Positions 33,890 through 49,470 are shown, counted from the first letter of the stretch. The stretch: DNA of 64,000 nt from the human T2T-CHM13v2.0 reference genome, Homo sapiens (GCF_009914755.1 NC_060944.1); one strand, 5' to 3'. Numbers and translations: made by a program. The notes: a model not told the origin generated them from the letters alone.

Positions 33890-35860
33890 ACACAGTAGCC
33901 TGCAGTGATGTGGAAAGTCAGAAAGGTACCTAATGAACTGGGTGACCTAGTTATGGAAATTTCCAGCCAGTGATGACGGTGCCATTTGTTTTGTTTCCTT
34001 GCTGTTTATGATAATATTCAAGGGGAGAAATATAAGCTGTAGGAAAAACAACAAAAAATCCAGGCTTTGCTGGTAAAGATTCCCAACCTTCCCCAATGGC
34101 AAATAATGCTAAACTTAAGACATATCTTCTAAGCAAAGATCAAATCCAAGACACTCTCAGGAAAGCATAGCCTAAAGATGAGGCTAAGAGTATGACTCTT
34201 AAACGCTTTATTTGAGTGGTGCCTCAAAATACTATTCAATCAGCCAAAAGACTCTCAGATATCTAACAAGGTGACTTACTCACAGACCCTCTCAATCAAA
34301 CAAAAGGACTTTTAAGAAGGTTAAGGCATTGTCTCTGAGCAGAAGCCTAAGGTAGAGAAGGGCTTATTTCAGACTGATTTGTGGGTGTGACTTTTGTCTA
34401 ATGGAATAACACTCAATGAGATTCACACATTTTTTAAAAAATTATATCTGACAAATCACCGTCAGTGTATGAAAGGATCGAAACAGTGCATAATAAGATG
34501 GGCCATTCCTCCTAGCAGGAAGCCAGTTGAGAAAATTACTCAGCTGCAAATGTGTGCTACCTTTCATGGAAAAAGAAGGATTCAGATAGTGGAACCAAGA
34601 ATCCCAAGGACCAGTTGAGGAGGCACAGAGAAGAACAGATGGGCATGAGTAGGACTGAGTCCTAAACATCCAACATTTTTTAAGCTGGATTCCAGAACTG
34701 CTGCAGCCAGGGGTGCTGGTGCACCTCTTGTTTCCCTCTTTTTGAATAGGAGGGCTGAAGGTGGTTCTTACTGTTTTATTCTGCTGAGCCCAGAGCTGGC
34801 ATCACCCCAAAAGTGGCAGCAGAGGAGGTCCCACAACAGAGAGCCCCAAACCCTCCCATGATGGGGCCAGTTGGGATTACAAAGAAAGAAGCACTAAACT
34901 TCAGTCCAGAGCATTATTTGGGGAACTTAATTAACAGAGGGCTGCAGCAATCCTCGCGATACACAGTGTGAGAAAAGGCTGCTCTGCCTACACAAGTCCA
35001 CAGTGAGGGGTCAGGGCATGAGGCCAGTTTCTTTCAGTGTTTGGGGCAACAACCTAGATACCCTTATCAGTGCCTGAAAATGTTCAAGATATAACTTTGA
35101 TTTGAGCCTGCTTCGAAGAACCTGTAGCTGTCTGAGTCACAGAGATCAAGACATTCTGTGGTTTTCTGTCCAGACACAGAAGGAAAGAGGGGGTATCTGG
35201 GGACTCTACACCTATTCCTGTACCCATTTTATGTTGAGGGGGGAAGATCTGATCTTTTCAATTCAAGAGTTGTGAGGAACTATAACAGACCACGGATTTC
35301 AGCTGATGGGATGGGATCACTTTTATAGGAGTCTTGGGAAGGGTTGAGTTATTTTGCATGTCTGATGGACAGAACTCATTGAGGCCAGAGGGAAGATGGT
35401 GGCATACAGCCCCTGGGATGGGTCCCAGGCTTCTAATAGTCACATCCCTCAGTGGTTTCCTCCCACAGTGCACCAGCATTGGGATGGCAGAACTGGTGAT
35501 GTGGTACCTCTGGGATAAGGCAACAAAAGACACTGTGGCTTGCATTTTGGTAGCTCTCTCCCAGCCCACTGTCCACAGGGAAAGCCAACTGCTATGTTGT
35601 GAGCAGCCCTATGAGAGGCCCACATGGTGAGGAGCTGGGGCCTCCTGCCCACAGCCATGCAAGAGCATTTAGAAGCAGATCTTGCAGCCCTGATCAAAAC
35701 CTCAGATGACTGCAACCTTGGATGAAACTTGGCAATAGACCCTGAGCCAGAGCCAACCAGCTAAGATGCTCCTGGACTTCTGACCCATAGCACTGTGAGG
35801 TCATGAATTTCACCATGCCTCAGGGTATTTTGTTACATAGCAGTGGATAACTAGTACACA
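33890..35860 (+). mobile_element. ERVL-MaLR remnant: MLT1-int-like internal sequence plus MLT1F-like LTR (~35390-35860), interrupted by another LTR-like piece (~34780-35210)
   Basis: MLT1 motifs GAGAGGCCCACATGG...GAGGAGCTG and CCAGCTAAG...TTCTGACCCA...ACTGTGAG; boundaries approximate. Confidence 0.55.
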
Positions 35861-36369
35861 AGGTAGCATTGTGCTGCCCTAAAGCTGACTCTAGATAATG
35901 TAATAACGGTCTTGGTCTACAATCTGGGGTGCTGAGGAAGAGCAACTGTGGAGGAGGCTGGGAGCCACTTTAGTAGGTGGTAACTCCCTCAGTGCCATCT
36001 GCTAATAGTAGGAGTCAGACTTTGACTACTGTCTCTTGACTCTGCCCTCAGGGGAGGGCCCTTCCGAGGGAGCAGTGGTCAAGAGCAAGGTGCTGTGCCA
36101 GGCTGCTGCTGCTGAGAAGCAGGTGCTGGGAGCTGCTGCTGCTAAGAGCATCTGCTCAGAAAGAAGGGTGCCAAGGGCACCTGCAGTAGCTGGGGGAACA
36201 CCTGGAGGCCCAACTTTACCATTTTCCATGAGGCAGAAACCTTGTTGGTTTACCACTGTAGCCTCAATGGCTCACAAAGAGATAGCTTGCTTTTCAGATT
36301 CACCTACCTATAGGATTTACTTTTGACATCTATAGGACAATAGAGATTGGCTCCCAATTTATTGCTTAG

Positions 36370-37460
36370 GTTTTTTTGTTGTAATTTAAAATGTATAGAA
36401 AAGTTGCAAGAGTTGTAGAAGGAGCTCATATATATATATGCAGATTTACTGACAATTTACAATTTGCCAAATTTGGTACCTATTGATCTATTTACTTGAG
36501 AGTAAATTGGGGACATTGTGCCCCTTTTATCTTTAAACAGTTCAGCATGTGTTTCTCAAGAAGAAGGATATCCTATTATATAACCACAGTACAGTTTTCA
36601 AAGTCAAACAATTTAATATTGATATAATGCCATTATGTAATCCACAGCCCATATTCAGATTTCATCAATTGTCCCCAAAGTTTTCTCTTCCCCTCTCTAA
36701 AATCCAATACAGGATTACATGGTCCATTGACTGATGCATCTTCTTGGTCTGTCTTAAACCTAATCACTTTCACAGTCTTTATGTGGGCCTCTTGATCATG
36801 GATTTTGTCTTAAAAAAAAAAACAGAGTAAAGCCAGTTACTTTGTAGGATGCCCTTGACATGATTTTTCAACTTCACGATTAAATTCACATGATGTATTT
36901 TTTGGCAGGAATGCCACAGAGGTGGCACTTTGTCCTTCCCAGTGCACACATGAGAAGACGCATGACCATGGCTGCCCCTACGTTAGCAATGTTAACCTTC
37001 ATCCCCGGGTTAAGATGGTGACTCCTGGGGTTCTCCAAAAAGAGGCTATCAATTTCATCTTTATAATTAGTAGGGATCTAGCAGGGAGATGTTTGGAGAC
37101 TATGTAACTATCTTGCTCCTCATCAACCTTTAATCCAGTAGTTTTATTATTCATTGATGTTCTAACTTTACTTTTTCCACATTTATTTGTTCATATTCCT
37201 ATCAGAAAAAATACTTTCTTCTCATTTGTTTATTACTTTGTGCATTCATAACAATAAGAACTTTTGATGCTTATTTTATTCTATATGTTATGGTACCTAA
37301 CTAGTATAATTCATATTGTTGCTGTATTGTCAGATGTGCTCAGCAGGAGGCCTGTCAGCAACCTCCTGTATCCTTTGGCATGACCTCATGCTTCTTGAAG
37401 AACTTCCTTATTTTATGGCTTAACATGATGTTTTGGTTTCAATTTATTTTTTCTTAAGAG
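36370..37460 (-). mobile_element. Ancient L1M 3' fragment
   Basis: AT-rich L1ME/MC-like motifs such as AGAAAAGTTGCAAG and TATAACCACAGTACAG; approximate. Confidence 0.5.
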
Positions 37461-37703
37461 CAAAGCAATAATTTCTTACTGGGCCCCTGGTGGGGTTATT
37501 AGCCTATAAAGAACTCTACAGTATGGACTCCTTGAAATACATCCTCAGGCCCTTGTATTCTTTATACAGTTAAAAAATAAGGCATACATTCCCTCCCATG
37601 GGACTTTGTGTGAAATGGAAGCTTTGAAATGTGAAAACCTTCACCTCAGAGGAACAGCTGGTGAAGAGATACCATTAAGACAGAAATGGCTTGGAGTAGA
37701 AAC

Positions 37704-37767
37704 ACATTTGCATCCAAACAGTTGCATCCAAACATTTGCATCCAAACATTTGCATCCAAACAGTTGC
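37704..37767. repeat. 14-bp minisatellite ACA(T/G)TTGCATCCAA, ~4.5 copies
   Basis: Directly visible tandem units. Confidence 0.95.
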
Positions 37768-38989
37768 CTCAAGAACTCTCCTTCTTGGCTGCCCCTTGGG
37801 TTAGCTTTGCAGGTCATGCTTTTCTGATATCCAGTGAGTCTGTCAATATTTTGGCAAAGAAGGCATCCCCTCCGTCCTGGTACCATAGGATTCCTGGCAC
37901 AACGCCTGCTCCTCTGTTTTGTGGAGGTGAGGTTGCCACAGGTCAGTGTCTCTGCCAGGTGACAAGGCTTAATCTGCTGGATTTAATCTACTGGATTAAA
38001 TTTCCTTATGAGGTAGAAGATGGAATGGAAATAAACTCACCTCGAGTCTGCATCCTAGCACAACAGAGGTGGAAAGGACTTCTGACAAATTCACAAATGA
38101 TTCTTGCCCTATTATTTGTGTTGATTACATGCACTCCATTTCTTGATGATGAAAATGCCTTGATGATGAAAAATGCATAAAATGAAGCCCTCGATTTAAA
38201 ATAAATCAGGCGAAATGTAAGATGAATGTAATCAATTCTAAAATTAAAAAGATTAAAGTACCAACAGTGGCTGCATCATGAAGACCATCCTGGTCTACGG
38301 TGTTTCTGGTCCATTCTAGAACCTGTGCCCACAGTTGGGTGAAAATGATCCCGATAGGATGAAAAAGCATACTTTGCTTAATGGAGGGAGGGAGGTGGAG
38401 AGGGGTTGAAAACAGAAATTGATCAATGTGTTCTGGCAGCCAGGGGCTTGGCTTTGCCTTAGAAACTTGCTTTGGCTTCTTCAGAGTCCCGGGGCAAAGG
38501 AGAATGAAAGGCCATCGGCTTTCATTCATTAAGGGGTTGGCTCAGGCTGGAGGGCATTTCCCCTTAATTAGAGGTTTCTCAAAATGGATTAATGAACTAT
38601 CCTAGAAAGAGGGCTCTGCCTTCAAATTGCTGTGTGAAGAGCTATGTACTCCATTCTTGCTCTCCCAATCCCTGTGTGTACTTAGCATTTTAAAGATCCC
38701 AGAAGTCCTTCAGTCAAGACCCCTGGCTCCCTTTGTTTAACTCAGTGTTCTCCGAGCTTATTGGACTGAGGACCATCAGGTGCCCACAGACCAGGGCCAG
38801 GGCAATCCTGCTCAGTTTCACTGAGCGCTGCTTGCTCAGATCCCGACTCCCGTGAGAAGTCAGGATGTGGTTCCTGCTCAGAGGGTTTCCCAGTTCTGTG
38901 CAAAAGTTGGCATGCCTGCAGAGACACAGTGAGGTCCCAGAGCAAAGTAGAGGGCATCAGAGCATGGGCTCTGCAAGCCACTGTCGGGG

Positions 38990-39190
38990 GCTGAGTCCTG
39001 GCTCCGCTCAGTAGTGCTACTAAGAAAATTGCTTATCCTTTCTGTGTCTCAGTTTCCTCATCTGTAAAAGGGGTGCAATGATAATACCTGTCTCACAAGT
39101 GTCTGTGTAGATTGGGCACATGAGGCAATATGTGTAAAGCACTTAGAACAGCACCCGACACACAGGACATGCCCCAAATTGGTAGCTGTT
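38990..39190 (+). mobile_element. MIR
   Basis: Core CTCAGTTTCCTCATCTGTAAAA...TGTAAAGCACTTAGAACAG. Confidence 0.8.
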
Positions 39191-40821
39191 GTTCTTAGGA
39201 ACTCAGGTGCTTTCGGCAGCTCTGGCTAGAGTGGAGCCTTAGACCTCTTGTGCATTACAGCAAGGGGAGGGCATCTCCACATGTGCTTATTACTTCTCCA
39301 AGTAGAAACTGTGAGTCCATGGAACAATGCAGTTACACCTTCTCCTTTCTTTATTTGGAATACAAGTTTGCTGTTCTCTATCTGTGCAGGTGTCCATATA
39401 GAAAGCCATGAGCAGAAGGACTTTAAACAGAGTGCATTTGCCAAGATGGGAAAGACTGTGGGAGATGTAGCTTTAGGGGACCTCTGACAGACTGGCTTCG
39501 GATGTGTAAATTTGAGACACCTATTAAATATCAAAACAGAGATGTTCTTGGGAAGTATAAGCTAGAATTTACAGGCAAGATGAGGACAGGAGTTACAAAT
39601 TTAGATGTCATCACCAAATAGATGGTATTTGAAGCCAAGAGACTGGAAGAGATTCCCAAGGCAGCAAGTGGACAAAGGAGAGAAGACCAAGGGCTGAGCC
39701 CCTGGAAGCCAAAATTTAGAAGTCTGAGCAAAATTATAGATTTTGAGACAACATTGTTGGCTATAAGAATGAAGAATGGATGACAAAGGTTTGAAGCTGC
39801 TTCTGAAGCTTGGTCTTGCAGGAACTGAAAGCTGTTGGGTGACACAATGACCAATTTCAAGGATTCTGTGCCAATGATCCATGTCCAGAAGGGATAACTT
39901 GTATTTCCTTAATGCCTGGCAGCATGGAGATTCTAAGAAGCTTCACCCTGAGGTCACTGTCCAAGCTGGGCAGGGATGCTGCCCTCCCAGCTCTGGTCCC
40001 CTCAAAGCAGCTCTGAGGATCTGACTGCCAGTCAACAATGGGTTCACTCCTGTGAGGAAGACCTTAGTGGCAGGTGTCAAGAAGGGCAGCAGTGGGAGTT
40101 GATTAGTTCTCTGGGTAAAGGTTACAGGCTGTACATTATGCACAGAATTCAAGGGAAGCTGGTAGCAATTTCAAATACAAGTATCACTTTTGCTAAAGCG
40201 AAGTATGGCTTAATTGATTGGCATTATTTTAAAGTATGAATCTTCTCAACTGTAGTAGCTGCAGAAGTGCCTGGCTTTCTTCCCTGGTTCGAGAAAGATC
40301 ACCATCCTGAGTTCTGTGACTCCCTGGCTTGAGGATGAAATGGTCCAACTCTGTACTGCAGGGGAGTGTTGCTTGAGGCCTTCCTCTCCATCCCTCATTT
40401 CATCTTCTCTGCCTGACTGACCAACGGTTTCTACTTTGTGCCTGGGGAGATGCCTCTTAAACTTGAAGCCTGGAATTGTCACCCATAAATGGGGATGCTT
40501 CATAGAAATCAGCTCTCTATCCATTCACCCATTCATTCACTCATATGTCCATTCATCCATCCACTCACTAACCTATTTATCCACCCATCCATTGTCCATC
40601 TGTCCACCCATCCACCCATCTACCCATCTATGTAACCATCCACCCATCCAACAACACAAATTATTAATCTATCACATGCCATGAGCTCTGCTGGGGCTGC
40701 TCCTGGGAGGAGGCGGATGAGTAGACACAGTGCAGTGCAGCACCATAGGTAGAGGGCACACAAGGAGGTGCACAGGTGGGGAGCTAGGAAATCTCTTTAC
40801 AGGAGCTGTCATCTAAGTCTA

Positions 40822-41010
40822 TCTCAGTGATTCTGAACTGCAGATGATTTTGCTTCCTACGTGACATTTGGCAATGCTTGGGGACATTTTTGCTTGTCGC
40901 AACTAAAGAGATGGGATCGACAGCTGTGCATGGAGGCCACATGACAAAGCCCACAATGAAAAGAATAATTTGACCCAGCATATCCATAATGCTAAGGCTG
41001 AGAAACCCTG
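40822..41010. mobile_element. MER20-like hAT DNA transposon
   Basis: CAGTGATTCT...GACATTTGGCAATG...GGCTGAGAAACCCTG; approximate. Confidence 0.7.
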
Positions 41011-41250
41011 CCCTGGAGTGACAGGTGAGTGGTGAGGAAGGTAGAAAGGGGCTGAGCGGGTCTCAGGGAGCACTGGGCATGTAGGGGGCGTGGTCCTGCA
41101 CTGTCAGAGCCCTTGGGAGCTAGGAGTGACAGAGGTGCCAGATTCTCAACTGTCTTGAAGGCAATTGAGAGAGGCGACTGGTTTTAAGCAGGGGAGGGAC
41201 CTAATCAGGTTCAGGTTTTCAAAATGTGAACTACTCCAGCAGCAGTGTGA

Positions 41251-41781
<531 letters not shown>

Positions 41782-42561
41782 TAGAAATTGTTTTTAATAA
41801 TATTTCTTCCAAAACACAGACCAGATGATATGAAAGGGACTGTCACTGCATTTGGGTCTTAGAAAGTGGGTCTGGGGCAGCCATGGAACGAAGGCTGGAC
41901 CCTTGCTGACATCAGAAGCACCCCTAGAATCACACTGTAGCTGGAGATGAAATTCATGGTAGTGCCCAGAAAATGGGAGCAGCCGCAGCCCGCTCCAGTC
42001 ATTCCGAACGTGGACAATTCCCTAGCAGAATTCTAGGCTAGCCCATTTTTCTGGCCTTAGTTCTGACTAACCAAATGAAAGATTTAATTTAACCCAAAGA
42101 AAAATCAATTTCCCCTTTTAATTTTAATTGGACCTTTCAGCTGTTGAGAGCACTGCAAAATGAACTTCATTCCCTGGATCCAGGTATCTGGATCTGTTGG
42201 GGAAAAAAAATTAGAAACTATGTATAAAACTTAAAAATATTCAAGCATCGAAAGGTTATTTAGGATGAAAGTTTTAAAACAAGTCATCAGCAAGCTGCTA
42301 CCACCAAGTGGAGACTTATGCAAAAGTTGAGCAAGTCCACTGAGCTGAGAGGACAGAAATGAAGTCACCTGTGCTGGGGCAGGGGCAGGGACACTGGGGG
42401 CAGGGAGTGTGTGGGCAGAGAAGCCAGAGAAGTCCAGGCCTGTGGAAGCCAAACAGGAGAGCATGGGCCGGAAGGGCGGTCAGGATCGGGGGACGATCCT
42501 AATAATACTACTAATCTAATAATACTTTTCTTCTTAAAGTCTACTTCATTAAAAATAGTTA

Positions 42562-42876
<315 letters not shown>

Positions 42877-42919
42877 CTAGTTTCAGTAATTCTTAACATC
42901 CAGGAAACTGGATGTGAAA

Positions 42920-43365
42920 GCTTTTCAGAGAAACTAAACCAATAGGTTATACATAGAGAGAGATTTATTTAGGAATTGGCTCACATGATTGTGGGGACTA
43001 GCAAGTTTAAAATCTGTAGGGCAAGCCAGCAGGCTATAAATTCAGGTAAGAGTTGATCTCGAAGTCTGGAACCTAAAATCTGTAGAGCAGTCAGCAGGCC
43101 AGAAACTCAGGCAGGGTTTGTGTGTTATAGTCTTGAAGCAGAATTCCTGCTTCTCTTGGAAACCTCAGTTTTTGTTCTTAAGGCCTTCAACTGATTGGAG
43201 GTGGCCCACCCATATTATGGTGGGTAATCTGTTTTACTTAAAGTCAATTGACTGTCAGTGTTAATCACATCTATGAAATATTACCTCCCAGCAAGATATT
43301 GACAAGTATTTGACCAAACAACGGGGCACCATAGCTTAGCCAAGTTGACACATAAATTAACCATC
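42920..43365. mobile_element. MLT2-family ERVL LTR
   Basis: GGAATTGGCTCACATGATTGTGGGG...AAGTTGACACATAAATTAACCATCA. Confidence 0.8.
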
Positions 43366-43479
43366 AGGAGCGAGTAGAATATCCAAAAAACAACATACTA
43401 GGGGTATTATATCTTATATAGCTATTATAATTATATAAAACATATAATTATAGAATGAAGATATTAAGATAACCATTAG

Positions 43480-43893
<414 letters not shown>

Positions 43894-44005
43894 TAGGCAC
43901 GGTGCTGGGTCCACACTCACAGAAAGCTTAGGAACTCGCACCCAGGGGCTCCAGCTGTAGCAGAATCCCAAGAGTAAAACCTGGTGCTGAAAGAGTAGGA
44001 GATGG

Positions 44006-44612
<607 letters not shown>

Positions 44613-45937
44613 TCACCAAGGGAGAGTTCGAGGGGATGCCAGCAGAGGGAGCTTTAGAGTAGAGACCCCTACCCAACCAGTGACAGTCACGCACACAGCA
44701 GGGCATGCTATGGAGACCCCCAGACAGTCACTCGGGGAGACCCAGCAGGTCCAGACTCTTCAGAGATCTGTGGCAGCAGGTCCCCACTCCCAAAAGCCAC
44801 GTGCCCACGGGTGGTCTCTGGTGCCTGAGACCCCAGTCTCATTTGCATCTTTGCAACTTTGAGTTTAAGTGGGTGTCGCATCCTGTATGTCCTCCTGAGC
44901 AGAGGAGGGGCACAGCCTGGGGTGGCAGCTGGCGTCAAACCCTCAAATCCCCTGAGAGCCACTGGGGAGACTAAGCAGTCCCCAGCCCCCACTTGTCCCT
45001 GAGCTGCCATTCTCAGCCCTGTGGGAGGAGACAGAAAGCCCTGAAGAGAAACCAAAGGACCAGGTCAGGAGGGGCTGGGGGGGTGGCATGAGCAATCAGG
45101 GCAGGGAAGGATGGACAGATGGGGGAATGGAGGGAAGAAGGAATGAATGAAAAGGTGAATGAATGAACAAAGAGAGAGAACGGCCACTCCTCCCTTGCTT
45201 TAGTTTACGAAGTACTGGGATCCTCCCAACAGCCTGCAAGACAATTTCTGGGAAGCAGACCAGGTGGCTGGCAGGGAGGGGAGGCTTGCCCTGGCTTTTG
45301 TGGGCCCAATGGGAGGCAGGGGGCAGGAAGGGGCATCCTGTATGTGTCCTCCCTGCAGCGGCAGCAGCACCTTCCTGGAAGAGGGTCAGGAAACACCCAC
45401 TGTGGCCCCTCTCCATCACGCCCTCATCCAGGACACCAAGTATCAGTCACTCAGCTCACGAGACCCAGGCCCTGATTCAGGGAGAGAGGATGTGAGGGGT
45501 GGGGCACCGGGCTCCTCAGGACTGAGAGACCTGAGATGTGGCCCCGGGCTGGGTGTTAGGGCAGACTGGCTATGGCAGCATTGTGTGTACCCCAGCAGGC
45601 CAGTACCCACGCAGGGAGCCTCCAAACCCCTTCACCCATGACCCTGGGAGAAGACCCCAGCCTTGGAGAATTGGCCTCACTGAAGGGGCCTGCACCGGCC
45701 AGCAGGGTCAGGCGGGGCCAGACAGGTTCCCACCTGGGATATGCAAATGGGCCTCCTGAATCCTGGAGCCAGGTATGGACTCACACACCACCATTGTTCC
45801 CAAGTCCCCATCTGCCCCACGGGCACACCCTGCCACCTGTTCTGTGCAAAGTCCCTGAGGCTGTCTCCTTGCGCTCAAGCCCTGCAGGTGTTGAAGCTCA
45901 CACACACAGCTCCTGCTTCTTGGGCCAGTGCACGTTC

Positions 45938-46397
45938 ACACACACGCGCACACACACACTCACACACCCACACATACACATACCCACACACAATCACACA
46001 CATTCATACACACCCACACCCCCATACTCACACTCACACACTCACACACACCCACACATACACTCACACACACATTTACACACACCCACACACTCACACA
46101 CACTCATAGTCACACACACCCTCACACAGCAAAACACAATCACACACATTCACACCCACCCACGCCCCCCACACTCACACTCACATACCCACACACACCC
46201 ACACACTCATACACACACAAACAAACACAATCACACACATTTACACACACCCACACTCACACATACACACACACAAACACGATCACACACATTCACACAC
46301 ACCCACACCCCACACTCACACTCACACATATACCCACACACACTCACATATAATCTCTCACACACACATATGCTCACACACACACTCTCACATACAC
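45938..46397. repeat. Imperfect (CA)n tract (~460 bp)
   Basis: Directly visible; GT-rich on the minus strand, starting ~60 bp into the intron after the GGT5-like donor. Confidence 0.95.
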
Positions 46398-46458
46398 GCC
46401 TTCTCCAGGAGGGGCTGGCTGCCAAGGGCCACCCAGCTTCCTCCCACGTCTCACTCAC

Positions 46459-46631
46459 CCTACAATATTTGAGCAGACCTTGGAGTCAGCAGCAACAGCG
46501 GCGTGGGCAAAGGCCTGGGGGTCAAATGGGGCCTGGTGTCGAAAGAGGACCACAGCCAGCACAATGACAGCCAGCGCCAGCCCCAGCCCCAGAAGGACCA
46601 GGCCAACCATGGCTCTGCAGTCCTGGACCGT
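46459..46631 (-). pseudogene. GGT5: GGT5 (GGTLA1) exon-1-derived fragment encoding the N-terminal signal anchor
   Basis: Translates to TVQDCRAMVGLVLLGLGLALAVIVLAVVLFRHQAPFDPQAFAHAAVAADSKVCSNIVG, matching the recalled GGT5 N-terminus (MARGYGATVSLVLLGLGLALAVIVLAVVLSRHQAP...AAVAADSKVCS); 173 nt ending at GG|GTGAGT; ancestral start position is ACG; no further GGT5 exons recognised downstream. Confidence 0.85.
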
Positions 46632-48501
46632 GGCTCTGCGGCCCAGAAGGAGAGGGGAGGCCGGTGGGCAGACGGAGGGACAGATGGGTGGGCAGATGAA
46701 TGGACAAGAAGATGCATAGATAGACTCACAGGTAATTGGACAGATGGACAAACAGGTGGGGGCTGAAGACAGACACGAAGATGGATCGACAGATAGGCCA
46801 GATAGCTAGACAAAGAGGACAGTAAGAGAAAGATGGTCAGATAGACAATGGGACAGAGATGGGCTTACAGATGGGCGGACAGACAGACAGGTCTGAACAG
46901 CGGGCTGCCAGATGGACAGATGGGTGAATGGACAGACGCCTGGCAGCTGTGGCGAGTTGCTGCCCTCACCAAGTGCACACTACGGAGTGGCCAAACTCAC
47001 GCCTCAACTTCTAGTTTTCAGCTCCTGCTTGTTGCTGGCAGGAGGCCAGGCAGCAAAGTGTCTGAGGGGAGTTTTCCTTGCCTACAGAAGTCAGCTGCTG
47101 TGTTAACTCCCTCACTGCTGGTAGGTCCAAAGGCCCCACCTACCGCCCGCCAGAGCCCAGGGTCACACTGTCGCAATGTGCAGGAGAACTTGGTGCCTGC
47201 TGCATTGCGGTTGCCAGGTAGGGGCAGGGCTCCCCGGAACCTCCACACCATTTCCCGGGTTCTCAGCAGCTCTAGGAAAGCAGAGCTGGGGCCGCTTAAC
47301 TCTGCCCTGGATCCGGCAAGGCTGCCCCCGTCTCAGAGTGGAGCCCTGCTCCCCAGCTCCCATCTCTATCCCCTAACCCTCTCCTCATGGCCCAGCCTAG
47401 TCAGCATCAAGGTGGAGCTGAACAGAGGCAGAGGGAGGAGGACCCAAGGTGGTGTCACTCAGGACCCGGGTTCAAGTCCTTATGCTTCTGCAGCCTGGCC
47501 TGGGTCCCCCAACCCCCCAGGGTGATCAAGGGCTTCCCAGTCTGCACAGACGACAGGGGGACTTGACAGCATCAAATGCTGGTGACTACAAGACGCCCCT
47601 GTGGGGAATGCAGACAGACCATGCCTCTAGCCCTTGGCACCCGGCACCATCCATCCCTGGGACTTGCTGTCCTGGAAATGCAGCATGGACCTCCAGGGAG
47701 GGGGGCTGTGCCATGTGGGGGCTCCACCCCTCCTGCAGCTCTTTCCCACCCTGGCTGCAGGTCTGCTTCCCTGAATCCAAATCCGCTACTACTGTGCTGG
47801 CAGCGCAGCCTCTCTGGGGACACTGGCCTGGCTCTGTTCTCCCCAGGCCTCAGGGTGCCTAAATGGGAGGCAGCCAGGAGAGTGAGGACCCACTGAGGGG
47901 CTCTGTTGACCAGGCTCAGCAGGGGTGCAGGTGATGTGGGCTGGACTTCTTCCCACGTGGCCCCCATAGTCCTCCGCACTTCCTCCCCAGCTGAACACTG
48001 CCTGCTCCAGATGTCTACACCTGGAGTCTGGGCCCCTCCATCTGGGCAGCAGAGAAACTGAGGCACAGAGACAGACTGTGTCCTTACAGGCCACACAGCC
48101 TGCCAGGCCCCTATGTCTGGCCAGAGCCCCTGGTGAGCCTGGGCTGCAGTGATTGTTTAGAGGCAGGCTGTTCCCACGGCTGCTTCTCATGGTAGGGGGG
48201 CCTGCGGACGCCTCCTCCCGTCCCCACCCGACTCCCAAGCCTCAGTGACATTGCTCAACCAGGAGCTGAAGTGCATTCCTGGGCTCAGGCCAGCCCACCC
48301 ACCCACCCGCTGCAGTCCTGGAAGCTCAGAGGCCTGGGCAGCAGGAACAGTGGAGACAGCAGCGTGGGGGACGTCCCCCCTCCTCTCTCCACCATCCTGG
48401 TCAGGCAAGAGGACAGGGTGCAGGGACCGCCTGAGCAAAGGCCCAGGGAAATGAATGGGTGTCATTCTGGTCCTGACCTGAGGCACAGCCAGGAAGGTCC
48501 C

Positions 48502-49470
48502 TGTGGGGAAAAGAAAGAGATATCAGACTGTTACTGTGTCTATGTAGAAAGAAGTAGACGTAAGAGGCTCCATTTTGTTCTGTACTAAGAAAAATTCTTT
48601 TGCCTTGAGATGCTGTTAATCTGTAACCCTAGCCCCAACCCTGTGCTCACAGAAACATGTCCTGTGTCAACTCAAGGTTTAATGGATTAAGGGCTGTGCC
48701 AGGATGTGCTTTGTTAAACAAATGCTTGAAGGCAGCATGCTTGTTAAAAGTCATCACCACTCCCTAATCTCAAGTAAGCAGGGACACAAAACACTGCAGA
48801 AGGCCGCAGGGACCTCTGCCTAGGAAAGCCAGGTATTGTCCAAGGTTTCTCCCCATGTGACAGTCTGAAATATGGCCTCGTGGCAAGGGAAAGACCTGAC
48901 CGTCCCCCAGCCTGACACCCGTAAAGGGTCTGTGCTGAGGAGGATTAGTAAAAGAGGAAGGCCTCTTTGCAGCTGAGATAAGAGGAAGGCATCTCTCTCC
49001 TGATCGTCCCTGGGCAAAGGAATGTCTCAGTGTAAAACCCAATTGTATATTCCATCTACTGAGATAGGAGAAAACTGCCTTAGGGCTGGAGGTGGGACAT
49101 GCTGGTGGCAATACTGCTCTTTAATGCATTGAGATGTTTATGTATATGCACATCAAAGCACAGCACCTTTTTCTTAACCTTGTTTATGACACAGAGACAT
49201 TTGTTCACATGTTTTCCTGCTGACCCTCTCCTCACTATTACCATATTGTCCTGCCACATCCCCTTCTCTGAGATGGTAGAGATAATGATCAATAAATACT
49301 AGGGAACTCAGAGACTGGTGCCAGCGTGGGGACTCCGTATGCTGAGCGCAGGTCCCCTGGGCCCACTTTTCTTTCTCCATACTTTGTCTCTGTGTCTCTT
49401 TCTTTTCTCAGTCTCTTGTCCAACCTGATGAGAAACACCCACAGATGTGGAGGGGCAGGCCACTCCTTCA
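48502..49470 (+). mobile_element. HERV-K(HML-2) solo LTR, LTR5B-like
   Basis: TGTGGGGAAAAGAAAGAGA start, ...GGCCACTCCTTCA end, 969 bp, 6-bp TSD GGTCCC (48496-48501, 49471-49476), AATAAA at 49291-49296. Confidence 0.95.

Noticed and set aside
45572-46567. 331-aa His/Thr-rich ORF
   Set aside because: Read-through of the (CA)n tract and the antisense of the GGT5-like exon.
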